NCBI GenBank assembly: GCA_963663225.1
Contig: OY760142.1
Span: 2,304,001-2,368,000 of the forward strand
Length of the DNA stretch: 64,000 bases
From: Nitrospirota bacterium
GTDB taxonomy: Bacteria; Nitrospirota; UBA9217
Direction of reading: 5' to 3'
This document shows, piece after piece, positions 10,485 through 20,397 of the stretch (position 1 is the stretch's first letter; each line of letters starts with the position of its first letter). The position numbers and the translations under genes are program-made. The notes beneath the pieces were generated by a model, which searched no databases, was not told the origin of the DNA, and saw only the letters and a list, made by a program, of their open reading frames with translations.

Positions 10485-10788
10485 TCTTCCAATCTCCTTT
10501 TTCTGGAAATCTTTCGGGAGGCAATTACCTGCCCAATGTGAGACAGTAATATACAACAAAAAGCATTATTCTCAAAGCAGAAAGATACCAGTAGAACAAA
10601 TAAAAACGCGCAGACAGGTTGTGGAATTACATGAACAGAGAGTAAACCTTGGTAATCGAAGAGATTTTTAATAAGTTTTCAGCAACAGTGTCTATAGCTG
10701 AATTCCATGAATATCTGAAATTATCGAGATAAAAAGTTTCGGGAAGTTTATTAATACTGTTTGATAGAGTTGCAAGATTCTTATAAGA

Positions 10789-10846
10789 TAGTAACACGCG
10801 GTGAAGAGCGTGCTTTTCGCGACTCCCTCGACCCGCTTGTTGGTAT
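10789..10846 (-). mobile_element. Degenerate integron attC-like site
   Basis: Minus strand TACCAAC-AAGCG-GGTCGAG...TTCACC-GCGT-GTTACTA imperfect hairpin, just after the stop of ORF 10859-11284. Confidence 0.6.
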
Positions 10847-10858
10847 TTCTCGGATTGG

Positions 10859-11284
10859 TCAGTACCACTTTTTTGGCCAGCGACCCTTTTCAGTGTAAAG
10901 CTCGGGGTAGAGCTGGCTTAAGATTATTCGCGATCTCATGATTTCCCGAAAATCAAAGCCGCCATATATGTGTTCTTCTTGACCACGTTTTTTGATTCTG
11001 ATCTCGCTTGCAGAAATCAAGCGCCTTTGAACAATAATCGATTCTATATCTTGGATGGGATATCGACGCCATGTCGTGCAATCTTTATCCTCCAAAATTC
11101 GCGGCCCCTGAGCTGTTGCGTCAGATGACCAGGAACGGTGCGTTGCTCCTGCACGTATCGTAATCCAAAAACTCCGTGGGACAGCAATCATCCCATGTTT
11201 TGCAAGGCACAGATCCCAGTTCTTAAATCCCCAATCAGAAAACACTGGACTTATTGTATCGACAACTTCCCAGCTGTTAGCCAT
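10859..11284 (-). CDS. Hypothetical protein, probable gene-cassette ORF
   Basis: 141-aa ORF with GGAG RBS, flanked by a GTTGGTAT core site and an attC-like hairpin. Confidence 0.65.
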   Translation of the reverse strand: MANSWEVVDTISPVFSDWGFKNWDLCLAKHGMIAVPRSFWITIRAGATHRSWSSDATAQGPRILEDKDCTTWRRYPIQDIESIIVQRRLISASEIRIKKRGQEEHIYGGFDFREIMRSRIILSQLYPELYTEKGRWPKKWY

Positions 11285-11888
11285 TCTGAACTCCAATTCT
11301 CATACCAACAAGCTATTAGTGTTTCGAAATACGGTAGCACAGATTAGCTGATTGATCAATGAATTTAAGAAAGAATTTATTGCATCTGACTGAATTTAAA
11401 AGCTTATTTTAAATGACTAATATTCAAAATTCGGAATAGTCGTCATGCTAAGACTAATATGCAATTTATGGAATAGCGTTTTAGGAGTAACGCAGTTACG
11501 GGTCTGTGGATGGATGAGCATAGAGCCTTTTGTGGATAGTAATCCTGCTGGTTGCGACAATCGCTGAGTTGACTTATTGGCGTGCGGATGTTATTATAGC
11601 CGCGCCGAGTAGGAAAAGAAACGGCGTGAAACATAGAAATATCAGGGAACAACCAAAGGGACTGGGAAAACAGAAATAAATCTGCGGGAAACCAAAACAC
11701 AATCAGAGTTAGGTGCAGAGCTGCCATTATTATCATATTCTTCTTCTTTCCTGAAATGATTTTCTTCCCCGTGCCAGGTATTAACTCACTAAAAAAGCTA
11801 GTCGAGCTAAACCAATCAGAATGAAATCGAACCATGGAGTTAGTATAAATAAGTACAACCTTGTAATTTTTATTTAAAGGAGATTGAC

Positions 11889-12323
11889 ATGTTTAAAAGA
11901 TTTATGGTTTTCATTATGTTGCTTGGACTGTGTTCCTTTGCATCCACGGCATCAGCGGCGTCGAAAGCGAAAGCGCCTGCCACGCCTGATATGCGGGAAG
12001 GCTTGTGGGGGATAACTCTTATTGCAGCAGTACCCGGTACTCCGAGAGGCATGCCGGTTCGTTACACGTATTGCATGGTCAAGAAGACGATTGTTCCGCA
12101 AAAGGTGAAGTCTGGCTGCAAAATATATGATGTAAAGGTAGAGGGCAACACCGTTTCCTGGCGTGGTCAGTGTGAAGCTGTGGAGACCGAGGGCAAAGTT
12201 ACCTATGAAGAAGGCACAAAGTTCGAAGGCTCTATTATTACAAGGACAACATATGTTGGTAACGACAGGAGAGATGAATTAACTAGTTCGATGCGAGGTG
12301 AGTATCTCGGCTCCTGCGATTAA
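11889..12323 (+). CDS. DUF3617-like exported protein
   Basis: Signal peptide, MREGLWGIT, paired Cys, C-terminal GEYLGSC. Confidence 0.8.
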   Translation: MFKRFMVFIMLLGLCSFASTASAASKAKAPATPDMREGLWGITLIAAVPGTPRGMPVRYTYCMVKKTIVPQKVKSGCKIYDVKVEGNTVSWRGQCEAVETEGKVTYEEGTKFEGSIITRTTYVGNDRRDELTSSMRGEYLGSCD

Positions 12324-12350
12324 AACGGTTTTATTTTTCCGAATTTTTTT

Positions 12351-12409
12351 CAGGGAGGGCACAGCGATCTGTTTCTTTATGAAATAGATATTGCCCTCCC
12401 TGTTCTTTT
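12351..12409 (+). terminator. Intrinsic terminator
   Basis: CAGGGAGGGCA...TGCCCTCCCTG followed by a T-rich tract. Confidence 0.65.
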
Positions 12410-12606
12410 GCATTTCTATGAGACTATCGTCTTTCTCATGAAGACGGCATTATACCGTCGCCCCATTAACAAAAATAATCCCTCCTCATTTTTGTATTTC
12501 TGACTCTTTTATGCTGCGGATAATTGACTTTCCGCCTGATATTACGATATGATAACTCATACAGCCTTTTTTATCTGATGAATTGAAAGAAAGGACAATC
12601 GGCTCT

Positions 12607-13569
12607 ATGGGCAAACATGTCATAAATCAGGCGCAGGATTTCGCAAAACTGTGGGGCGGGTTCCGCGCGTCGCGCGTTATTCTGACCGCAAATAATTATG
12701 CCATATTTGAACACCTCAAATCCCCAAAGACCGCAGGCGAAATTGCCCGTGTCGCGGGAATTGACCCGCGGGCCGCGGAGATACTGCTTGATGCGGTTGC
12801 AGCACTGGGATTGCTCAAAAAAACAGGTGCCCGGTATCGAAACACTTCGACAGCGAAACAATTTCTTCTGAAAGACAGCCCCTGGTATCAGGGGGACATG
12901 CTGCGCCACGCTGATTTTCTATGGAAAAACTGGTCTGATCTCGACAGAGTCGTCAAAACAGGACTTCCGAACCGTCCGGCAATCAGCGATAATGAGCCTT
13001 TCATAAAGGCAATGCATAACAACGCTGTACTGCGCGTGCATGATGTTATAAGGAATATTGATTTGCGGGGAGTAACAAAGGTTCTTGATCTGGGCGGTGG
13101 GCCGGGAACGTACAGCGGAGAACTGGCCAGACAGGGGATTGAGGTTGCCCTTTTCGATCTTCCGGAGACGATACAAATTGCCCGAAAGATGCTTGGTGAG
13201 AAGAAACAGGGGAATATTGCGTTCCGGACCGGTGATTTCCTTGCGGATGATATCGGCAGTGGTTATGATCTTGTGTTTATCAGCCAGATTCTACATTCCT
13301 TATCGCCTGAACAAAGCCGCACTCTTATAAAAAAGTCACATGCATCGCTGAATCCAAAAGGAAAAATCGCAATACAGGAATTTCTTCTGGAGAAGAACAG
13401 GGCTCATCCGATTGCAGGAGCTCTTTTCTCAGTCAACATGCTCGTCAATACACCATCCGGCAGAAGCTATTCTCCACAGGAGTTGAAGAGCTGGCTTAAA
13501 GGCGCCGGTTTTATAAAGATCGGAACAAAAATTTTGAACGATACCGTGCTGGTCAGCGGACAAAAATAA
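12607..13569 (+). CDS. O-methyltransferase (dimerisation + Methyltransf_2 domains)
   Basis: VLDLGGGPGTY SAM motif, GDFL, ISQILH; N-terminal winged-helix region. Confidence 0.9.
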   Translation: MGKHVINQAQDFAKLWGGFRASRVILTANNYAIFEHLKSPKTAGEIARVAGIDPRAAEILLDAVAALGLLKKTGARYRNTSTAKQFLLKDSPWYQGDMLRHADFLWKNWSDLDRVVKTGLPNRPAISDNEPFIKAMHNNAVLRVHDVIRNIDLRGVTKVLDLGGGPGTYSGELARQGIEVALFDLPETIQIARKMLGEKKQGNIAFRTGDFLADDIGSGYDLVFISQILHSLSPEQSRTLIKKSHASLNPKGKIAIQEFLLEKNRAHPIAGALFSVNMLVNTPSGRSYSPQELKSWLKGAGFIKIGTKILNDTVLVSGQK

Positions 13570-13619
13570 TGCATTCAGACGTCTGAAAACATTCAGGGCA
13601 CCATTATGGAGAGTCTATC

Positions 13620-14111
13620 GTGAGATCCTGGCTTGTGATTTTTTCCATCCTAAGTTTCTGCGTCCCCGCTCCCGCATCTGCTGATGAGATCGTACTTGAA
13701 GGCGGATTTGGGGTTTATGAATCGAGCGGCAGCCAGGCTGCTTTTCTGCGATATCAGAAGTATGTTACCCCGTTTTTAGGCTTGGACAGCTACTATGATC
13801 TGGCCGCAGCAGAGTGGAACGGAGACAACCACAATTCCGCCATCATTCTGACGAAAGGGTTCAGATGGAACATGACTGAAAAAATACATGCTGATTTTGA
13901 AGGAGGCGGGGCATACCTCAGGAGAACCACCGACAATCTCGGGACGCGCCTTCAATTCGCCTTCCGATTCGCCCTTGGTATGAAACTGGGCGATTTTGAT
14001 CTTGCGCTCGGCTATAATCACTTTTCGAATGGAAAAGGAATATTCGGGTGGACAAAAACCTCAAATCTTGGGGAGAATTTTCTGACGCTTCAGTTGGGAT
14101 ACCTGTTTTAG
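13620..14111 (+). CDS. PagL-like acyloxyacyl hydrolase (lipid A 3-O-deacylase family)
   Basis: Signal peptide, beta-barrel pattern, LGTRLQF, YNHFSNG and NLGEN motifs, terminal Phe. Confidence 0.75.
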   Translation: MRSWLVIFSILSFCVPAPASADEIVLEGGFGVYESSGSQAAFLRYQKYVTPFLGLDSYYDLAAAEWNGDNHNSAIILTKGFRWNMTEKIHADFEGGGAYLRRTTDNLGTRLQFAFRFALGMKLGDFDLALGYNHFSNGKGIFGWTKTSNLGENFLTLQLGYLF

Positions 14112-14174
14112 ACGGAACGATTTTGTATTTTGCAGCATGAACGATCATTCTACGAACGCGCGAGGTATGAGACT

Positions 14175-14876
14175 ATGATTCGTCCGGTGCTGATTGTGGA
14201 GGACGACAAGAAGATTGCCCGCATCGTTAAGGTATATCTCGAAGAGGCGGGATACCGCGTTGTGCACGTTGCCAACGGAAAAGACGCGATTGCGGCTGCG
14301 GCAAAGGAAAAGCCGCTTCTCGCGGTTCTGGACTTGATGCTGCCGGATATGGGTGGTGAACAGGTGATCCAGGAATTGAAGGTTCTTGACGATATTCCTG
14401 TGATCATGCTTACGGCGAAATCATCGGAAGACGACCGCATCGCCGGGTTCTCCCTTGGCGCTGATGATTACGTGGTAAAACCATTCAGCCCCCGTGAGCT
14501 GGTTGTGCGCGTGAAAGCAGTTTTAAAACGGACGCACTCTGATGATTTGTGTGATGCCGGTGCAGTTTGTTTTGAACAGGGCATGCTGACTCTCGATGGC
14601 CATCGCTATGAAGTAAAAAAGCAGGGGGAGAACATAGATCTGACTCCCACGGAATTCAAAGTGCTGTTCACCCTTGCTTCGACGCCGGGAAAAGTGTTCA
14701 CGCGTGACGAACTGGTGGAAAAAGCGCTCGGATACCAGTTCGAAGGTTATGAACGGAGCATTGATGCCCACATAAAAAATATCCGCCAGAAGATCGAGGA
14801 TGATCCGAAGAACCCGCTATTCATCCTGACGGTATATGGCGTGGGGTACAAATTTATCGGGAGACGGGATGCTTAA
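14175..14876 (+). CDS. OmpR/PhoB-family response regulator
   Basis: VEDD, LDLMLP, GADDYVVKPFSPREL, LTPTEF and VYGVGYKF. Confidence 0.95.
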   Translation: MIRPVLIVEDDKKIARIVKVYLEEAGYRVVHVANGKDAIAAAAKEKPLLAVLDLMLPDMGGEQVIQELKVLDDIPVIMLTAKSSEDDRIAGFSLGADDYVVKPFSPRELVVRVKAVLKRTHSDDLCDAGAVCFEQGMLTLDGHRYEVKKQGENIDLTPTEFKVLFTLASTPGKVFTRDELVEKALGYQFEGYERSIDAHIKNIRQKIEDDPKNPLFILTVYGVGYKFIGRRDA

Positions 14877-16215
14877 GAGCCTCTGGATAAAATTCCTTTT
14901 GCTGCTGCTCTCGGTGGCGTTCATTGCGCTGTCTTCCGCTCTGCTCCTCCGGGAGCTGATGGTCCGGGATTTTCGCTCGTACCTGGATGGTGAGCAGGAA
15001 GACAATGTGTATTCCCTTACTGCCGACCTTGAATCAGCCTATCAAACCCGGGGGGCATGGCCGCCGGATGCCGTGCAGCGAAATATGGTCTGGGCCCTCA
15101 AGCTGGGTTTTGAGACACGGCTTCTGGACAGAAACGGCGATGTCGTTATGGATACCGCACGTGCGCTTCGCGCGCTTCCGCCTGCGGCCAGGCAAAAGGT
15201 GCAGGAAGTTTCAGCTCTCAGGTCTCAAGAAACAGAAGGACCGTTCCTTCCCTATCCATTGTTCTCAGGAGGTAAGGAGATCGGAACGCTTGAAGTCAGG
15301 CCGTTGCAACCAAAACGCGAACCTGTTTTCATCAAGCGTTCGAACACCTTTCTCGTGATCGCCCTCGGCATCGTGGGAGGGTTTGCCGTATTTTTGAGCA
15401 TCATTTTTTCGCAGAAGCTTACGCGCCCCCTTAAAACACTGGCATCTGTTGCTGCAGGGATAAGTGAAGGAGACCTTTCACGGCGTGTTGCGGTACGGAA
15501 CCGCGATGAGCTGGGCAGGCTTGCAGATTCATTCAACCGCATGGCGCATACGTTGGAAACCCAGGAGTCGCTCAGAAAAAAACTGATCTCGAATATTACC
15601 CACGAATTGCGGACCCCTCTCACGGCAATGCAGGGAGAGATTGAGGGAATGATGGACGGACTTATCCCTGCGAACAACCAGCAGCTTCAGTCGTTGCACG
15701 AAGAAACGAACAGGCTCAAAAAAATGATAGATGGCATGGAAGAATTGGCCCAGGCCCAGGCGAGCGCGCTTACGCTCAAAAAAAGGCAGGTCGCGCTGAA
15801 GCCGTTTCTGGAAACTATTCTGGAACGCTTCAGGACGCAGATTGCCGGCAAAGAAATCGCCGTTGCACTGGTGTGCGATGAGGCGACAACCGCGGACGTA
15901 GACCCGGACCGCGCAAGCCAGATCGTAATCAATCTCCTGAGCAATTCAATCAAGTCCATCGAAAAGAAAGGCGCGATTACCCTTTCCGCAGTCCAGCAAG
16001 AAGCGGAAACGCTTCTGGAAGTCAAAGACACCGGCGTGGGAATCAGGGAAGATGAGATGCCGTTTATCTTTGAGCGTTTTTACCGGGGCGCAGCCGGCGG
16101 TCTTGGTCTTGGCCTTGCAATTGTTCGGGAGCTTGTGGATGCGCATGGAGGAAGAATAGAGGTCAAGAGCACCTTCGGCATGGGTACAGTTTTTTCGGTT
16201 TATTTTCCGGGCTGA
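14869..16215 (+). CDS. HAMP-domain sensor histidine kinase (BaeS-like)
   Basis: Two TM helices, HAMP (DELGRLADSFN), H-box THELRTPL, N, G1 and G2 boxes. Confidence 0.95.
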   Translation: MLKSLWIKFLLLLLSVAFIALSSALLLRELMVRDFRSYLDGEQEDNVYSLTADLESAYQTRGAWPPDAVQRNMVWALKLGFETRLLDRNGDVVMDTARALRALPPAARQKVQEVSALRSQETEGPFLPYPLFSGGKEIGTLEVRPLQPKREPVFIKRSNTFLVIALGIVGGFAVFLSIIFSQKLTRPLKTLASVAAGISEGDLSRRVAVRNRDELGRLADSFNRMAHTLETQESLRKKLISNITHELRTPLTAMQGEIEGMMDGLIPANNQQLQSLHEETNRLKKMIDGMEELAQAQASALTLKKRQVALKPFLETILERFRTQIAGKEIAVALVCDEATTADVDPDRASQIVINLLSNSIKSIEKKGAITLSAVQQEAETLLEVKDTGVGIREDEMPFIFERFYRGAAGGLGLGLAIVRELVDAHGGRIEVKSTFGMGTVFSVYFPG

Positions 16216-16221
16216 GGAGGA

Positions 16222-16260
16222 TTCACAATTCTTCATAATCCCTTCGCCGCCTCTTCATAA
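16222..16260 (+). promoter_or_regulatory. Tandem direct repeats, candidate OmpR-family binding boxes
   Basis: TTCACAA, TTCATAA, TTCGCCG and TTCATAA at 10/11/11-nt spacing. Confidence 0.6.
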
Positions 16261-16304
16261 TTCTCTGATAGAGTGTAAGCAAGATCAGAGAGGAAAGGAG
16301 GTGA

Positions 16305-16730
16305 ATGATTATGAAGAAGACGATGCTGATAACGGCTGTAGCGGCTGTGGCTCTCATTACTGCGGGTATCGCATTTGCGCAGGCGGGCGGCGGCTTGGGA
16401 CCGGGCGCGGGTTGCGCCTATGGCGCAGGTTACGGCGGTGCCAACGGAACCGTCAATATCGAGAATCTGAAAAAGTTCCAGAAAGAGACGCTGAGTCTGC
16501 GTGACGAGCTTATCACCAAGCGGGCCGAGATTGCCAACGAGTACGCAAAGCAGACTCCGGATACCGCGCGCATAACCGATCTCCGGAAACAGATGATCGA
16601 CATCCAGGCAACGATCCAGAAAGCGGCCGAAAAAAACGGTCTGCCGGCGTGGGGCCATGGATATGGCCGCGGCCACATGGGACGGGGCATGATGGGCGGT
16701 CGTGGAGCGGGTGCCTGTCCTTGTTTTTAG
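16305..16730 (+). CDS. Periplasmic Spy/CpxP/ZraP-like protein
   Basis: Signal peptide, Gly/Tyr- and Gly/Met/His-rich ends, KFQKETLSLRDELITKRAE...PD helical core. Confidence 0.8.
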   Translation: MIMKKTMLITAVAAVALITAGIAFAQAGGGLGPGAGCAYGAGYGGANGTVNIENLKKFQKETLSLRDELITKRAEIANEYAKQTPDTARITDLRKQMIDIQATIQKAAEKNGLPAWGHGYGRGHMGRGMMGGRGAGACPCF

Positions 16731-16749
16731 TAAAAATGTATACTAAAGT

Positions 16750-16781
16750 TGCTCAGAGGATTCATCAGAATCCTCTGAGCA
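16750..16781. repeat. Perfect 14-bp inverted repeat (hairpin)
   Basis: TGCTCAGAGGATTC-ATCA-GAATCCTCTGAGCA. Confidence 0.85.
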
Positions 16782-16797
16782 TGTTTCTCAGCAATAC

Positions 16798-17166
16798 GTG
16801 GTCAACACTATGAATAATTTAAAAAGCATAATAATGCTCCTTGTACTGGCTGCGATTTCGGGCGGTGGTTTTTTATCATCTGCATGGGCACAAGAGCAGC
16901 ATTTCCGTGATCGGGGCAGCCACCAGCCGTATGGTGGATACTGTGAAGGGCCGCGCTGGGGATGGTATGGGGCGCGAACGCCGGTTACAACGCTTGAAGA
17001 CGCCCGTAAACGGCTGGAGGAGTTTTTTAAAGACCAGGATGTTGTTGTCGGAACGATCGTGGATCAGCATAAATTTTTCAAGGCTGATATAAAAGATCGC
17101 AACGGCGTCTTGCTCGATCAGGTCATTATCCATAAACGGTCAGGCAGAATCCGGTCCATTCTTTGA
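16798..17166 (+). CDS. Exported hypothetical protein (PepSY-like C-terminus)
   Basis: Signal peptide; YGGYC..PRWGWYGA; C-terminal IIHKRSGRIRS. Confidence 0.7.
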   Translation: MVNTMNNLKSIIMLLVLAAISGGGFLSSAWAQEQHFRDRGSHQPYGGYCEGPRWGWYGARTPVTTLEDARKRLEEFFKDQDVVVGTIVDQHKFFKADIKDRNGVLLDQVIIHKRSGRIRSIL

Positions 17167-17366
17167 CAGGCGCGTGTTTGCCGGGTAGAAAAAAGCCCTC
17201 GTTCTATGATGCAATTGTTTTTATATTAATCAGAGAACCCAACTGCAATAACCTTGTTTTTTCCTATCTTCCCCTGTTCTCAGCTAAATCAGCCAGTACA
17301 ATTCATTAACTGCTCTGGAAAGGTCGAACACATTTCCAGAACCGGAAGGATAAGAAAGAGGAATAA

Positions 17367-17864
17367 ATGGATATGAAAAGCGAAATCAGTTTAAAAGAAT
17401 GGGCAACACCAGTTACTATGGGTGCTTTTGCGTTATCTGCGATTACCGGAATAATGTTGTTTTTTAAAATGCAGCTCGGCTTAATAAAACCGGTACATGA
17501 ATGGTTGAGCTGGCTGCTGGTCATTGGTGCACTATTTCATCTGATTGCAAACCGGCATGTTTTGCTAAAATATGCTTCTAGACCCCTTGGGAAGAGCATC
17601 CTGATATTTTTCCTGGTACTCATCTGCGTTTCCATGGTGCCGTTCGGAAACCAGCAGAGGGAGCATCCTCTAAAAAGGATATCTACAAGCTTAACGCAAG
17701 CTCCTTTGTCTGCAGTTGCACAGATTGCCAGCCATAAACCGGATGAAGCAATGAACCTTCTGAGCGTAAAAGGGATTCACATTGAAAACGCTGATCAGAC
17801 TATTCAGGACATTGCCGTAAAGAACGGCAAAGATCCGCTGCGCATCCTGGATGTAATTTTTTGA
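17367..17864 (+). CDS. DUF4405 family membrane protein
   Basis: WATP...AITGIMLFF...VHEWLS...FHL..N with TM His residues. Confidence 0.8.
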   Translation: MDMKSEISLKEWATPVTMGAFALSAITGIMLFFKMQLGLIKPVHEWLSWLLVIGALFHLIANRHVLLKYASRPLGKSILIFFLVLICVSMVPFGNQQREHPLKRISTSLTQAPLSAVAQIASHKPDEAMNLLSVKGIHIENADQTIQDIAVKNGKDPLRILDVIF

Positions 17865-17901
17865 TGCAAAGAAATTACTGCCATTTTCTCGAACAAACAA
17901 C

Positions 17902-17930
17902 TTGACAGCCTGCATAATATTTGTTAAATA
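17902..17930 (+). promoter_or_regulatory. Sigma70-type promoter for pflB
   Basis: TTGACA followed by an AT-rich -10 region (TGTTAAAT) directly before the riboswitch. Confidence 0.6.
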
Positions 17931-17933
17931 ATA

Positions 17934-18012
17934 GGTACCGTGTAACTGGCGTAAGTGGAATAAACCACAAGGGAGCACGGTTCTTCTGAAAAACAGCCGA
18001 ACGCCTGGGCAA
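17934..18012 (+). ncRNA. ZMP/ZTP riboswitch (pfl motif)
   Basis: P1 ACCGTG/CACGGT, ACTGGCG, P2 GTGG-AATAAA-CCAC, 3' GCCGAACGCCTGGGCA with GGCGT/ACGCC pseudoknot; upstream of pflB. Confidence 0.93.
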
Positions 18013-18049
18013 CCTGACACTATCTGTTGGGGGGGGCCAGGCGTTTTTT
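18000..18049 (+). terminator. Riboswitch expression-platform terminator
   Basis: AACGCCTGG/CCAGGCGTT stem with T run, overlapping the 3' aptamer hairpin. Confidence 0.85.
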
Positions 18050-18107
18050 ATTTGTATATCCTGGGAAAATATACGGTATGCTGGGTTGAGAAAAAGGAGA
18101 ATACAAT

Positions 18108-20333
18108 ATGGCAAAACGACAACCGTTTAAACGCGGTCGCTGGTCTTTGAAAACTGACCTGCAGGATTTTATCTATCGCAATTATACGCCCTATGAGGGA
18201 GGCCCTGAATTTCTTCAAAAACCCACAAAACGGACCCTGAACATCTGGGAAAAAGTCCGTTCTTTGATGGCGGAGGAGCGCAGAAGGGGAGGAGTGCTGG
18301 ATATTGACGTTGATGTCCCGGGAGGAATCCTTTCGCATGCCCCCGGCTATATCGACCGCAAAAAAGAGCTTATTGCGGGGCTGCAGACCGACGCACCCCT
18401 GAAACGGGCTGTTAAACCGGTGGGCGGCATCCGGCTTGTGGAAAAAGCGTGCAGTGCATATAACAAAAAATTAAATCCAAAAATTGTAGATATATACAGC
18501 CATTTCCGCAAATCTCACAACGAGGCGGTCTTTTCAATCTATACTGCAAAAATGAAACAGCTGCGGAAGCTTGGCATCATTACCGGCCTGCCGGACACTT
18601 ATGCACGGGGAAGGATCATCGGTGATTACCGGCGGGTTGCGCTCTATGGATTGGACCATCTTATTGCGGAAAAACAGAAAGATCTTGCAAAAATCGACGG
18701 TGCCATGGAAACAAAATCCATCCGTCAGCGGGAGGAAGTGGCTGACCAGATTCTTGCTCTGGAACAAATGTTGGAACTGGGTGGAAAATACGGTGTGGAT
18801 CTGCACCGACCCGCGGAAACCGCACGGGAAGCCATTCAAGGGACATATCTGGCATATCTTGCCGCTGCCAAGGAATCGGATGGAGCAGCCATGTCCATGG
18901 GCGGCGTGTCCGCATTCTTTGATTGTTATCTGGAAAGGGACATTAAAGCAGGGCTCCTCAATGAAATACAGGCCCAGGAATTGATCGACGATTTTACCAT
19001 TAAACTGCGCATGATCCGACAGCTCAGGCCGCCTGAATATGACCAGATTTTTGCCGGCGACCCTGTCTGGATCACGGTGGTACTCGGAGGCATGGCCAAC
19101 GACGGCCGTTGCAAAGTCACAAAAACGGACTACCGCTTTTTGCAGACCCTTCGCAACCTGGGGCCCGCGCCCGAGCCGAATCTGACCATACTGTATTCTC
19201 CCAGACTGCCTGAACCGTGGAAAAAATTTGTGGCGGAAATCTCGATACAGACCAGCGCGCTCCAATTTGAAAATGATGATTTAATGCGCCCCATAGCCGG
19301 AGATGATTACGGCATCTCCTGCTGCGTATCTCTTCTCAAGGCCGGAAGCCAGATGCAGTTTTTCGGAGCCCGGTGCAATCTGGCCAAGGCGCTGCTGCTG
19401 GCGCTGAATGAGGGGAGGGACGAAATACGCGGCGAAATTGTCGTGCCGAATGTGCCGAAGCTGAAAGGGTATCATCTGGATTACGACCAGGTGCATGCCA
19501 ATTTCATTTCTGTGCTGTCCTGGCTGGCGGAACAGTACGTGAAAACCATGAACGTTATCCACTGGTCCCACGATAAATACTACTATGAGAGCGCGCAGAT
19601 GGCTTTGCTGGACACGGACGTGGAGCGGCTCATGGCCTTCGGCATTGCCGGTTTTTCAGTGGTGGTTGACTCCTTGTGCGCGATCCGCTATGCAAAAGTA
19701 CATCCGGTGCGGGATGCACGGGGGCTGACGGAGAGTTTCAAAATGCAGGGCGAGTATCCTGCGTTCGGCAACGATGATGAACGGGCCGACAACAGGGCAC
19801 GGGACCTGATTATCACGTTTATTACGGAGCTGCGGAAACATGCGGTTTACCGCAGGGCCACGCCGACGCTTTCCATTTTGACCATTACCAGCAATGTGTT
19901 GTATGGCAAAAAAACCGGGGCCACACCGGACGGCCGGGCGGCAGGAGAACCGTTTGCACCGGGTGCCAATCCCATGTACGGCAGAGAGCGTAATGGAGTG
20001 CTGGCAAGCCTGAATGCCGTTGCGAAATTACCGTATTATGCCGCCCAAGACGGCATTTCCAATACGTTTTCGATTGTGCCGCAGGCGCTGGGATCTGATT
20101 TGTCAGAGCAGAAAGCGAATTTGATCGACATCCTGGACGGGTACTTCACCAAAGGCGGGCATCATATCAATGTGAACGTCCTCGACCGTGCATTGCTGAA
20201 AGACGCCATGAAGCATCCTGAAAACTATCCTCAGCTTACGATTCGTGTTTCCGGATATGCGGTGCATTTCACGCGGTTGTCGCGTGAGCACCAGGAAGAA
20301 ATACTGCGCCGGACGTTTCATGATATGCTTTAG
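18108..20333 (+). CDS. pflB: Pyruvate formate-lyase (formate C-acetyltransferase)
   Basis: [17 protein letters not shown], active-site ISCCVS, glycyl-radical motif TIRVSGYAV. Confidence 0.97.
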   Translation: MAKRQPFKRGRWSLKTDLQDFIYRNYTPYEGGPEFLQKPTKRTLNIWEKVRSLMAEERRRGGVLDIDVDVPGGILSHAPGYIDRKKELIAGLQTDAPLKRAVKPVGGIRLVEKACSAYNKKLNPKIVDIYSHFRKSHNEAVFSIYTAKMKQLRKLGIITGLPDTYARGRIIGDYRRVALYGLDHLIAEKQKDLAKIDGAMETKSIRQREEVADQILALEQMLELGGKYGVDLHRPAETAREAIQGTYLAYLAAAKESDGAAMSMGGVSAFFDCYLERDIKAGLLNEIQAQELIDDFTIKLRMIRQLRPPEYDQIFAGDPVWITVVLGGMANDGRCKVTKTDYRFLQTLRNLGPAPEPNLTILYSPRLPEPWKKFVAEISIQTSALQFENDDLMRPIAGDDYGISCCVSLLKAGSQMQFFGARCNLAKALLLALNEGRDEIRGEIVVPNVPKLKGYHLDYDQVHANFISVLSWLAEQYVKTMNVIHWSHDKYYYESAQMALLDTDVERLMAFGIAGFSVVVDSLCAIRYAKVHPVRDARGLTESFKMQGEYPAFGNDDERADNRARDLIITFITELRKHAVYRRATPTLSILTITSNVLYGKKTGATPDGRAAGEPFAPGANPMYGRERNGVLASLNAVAKLPYYAAQDGISNTFSIVPQALGSDLSEQKANLIDILDGYFTKGGHHINVNVLDRALLKDAMKHPENYPQLTIRVSGYAVHFTRLSREHQEEILRRTFHDML

Positions 20334-20397
20334 CTGTGCGCACAATACGGTGGCTGCGTTTGCAGGAACGGAATTTCGCTGAAGTGAGTATATAACG

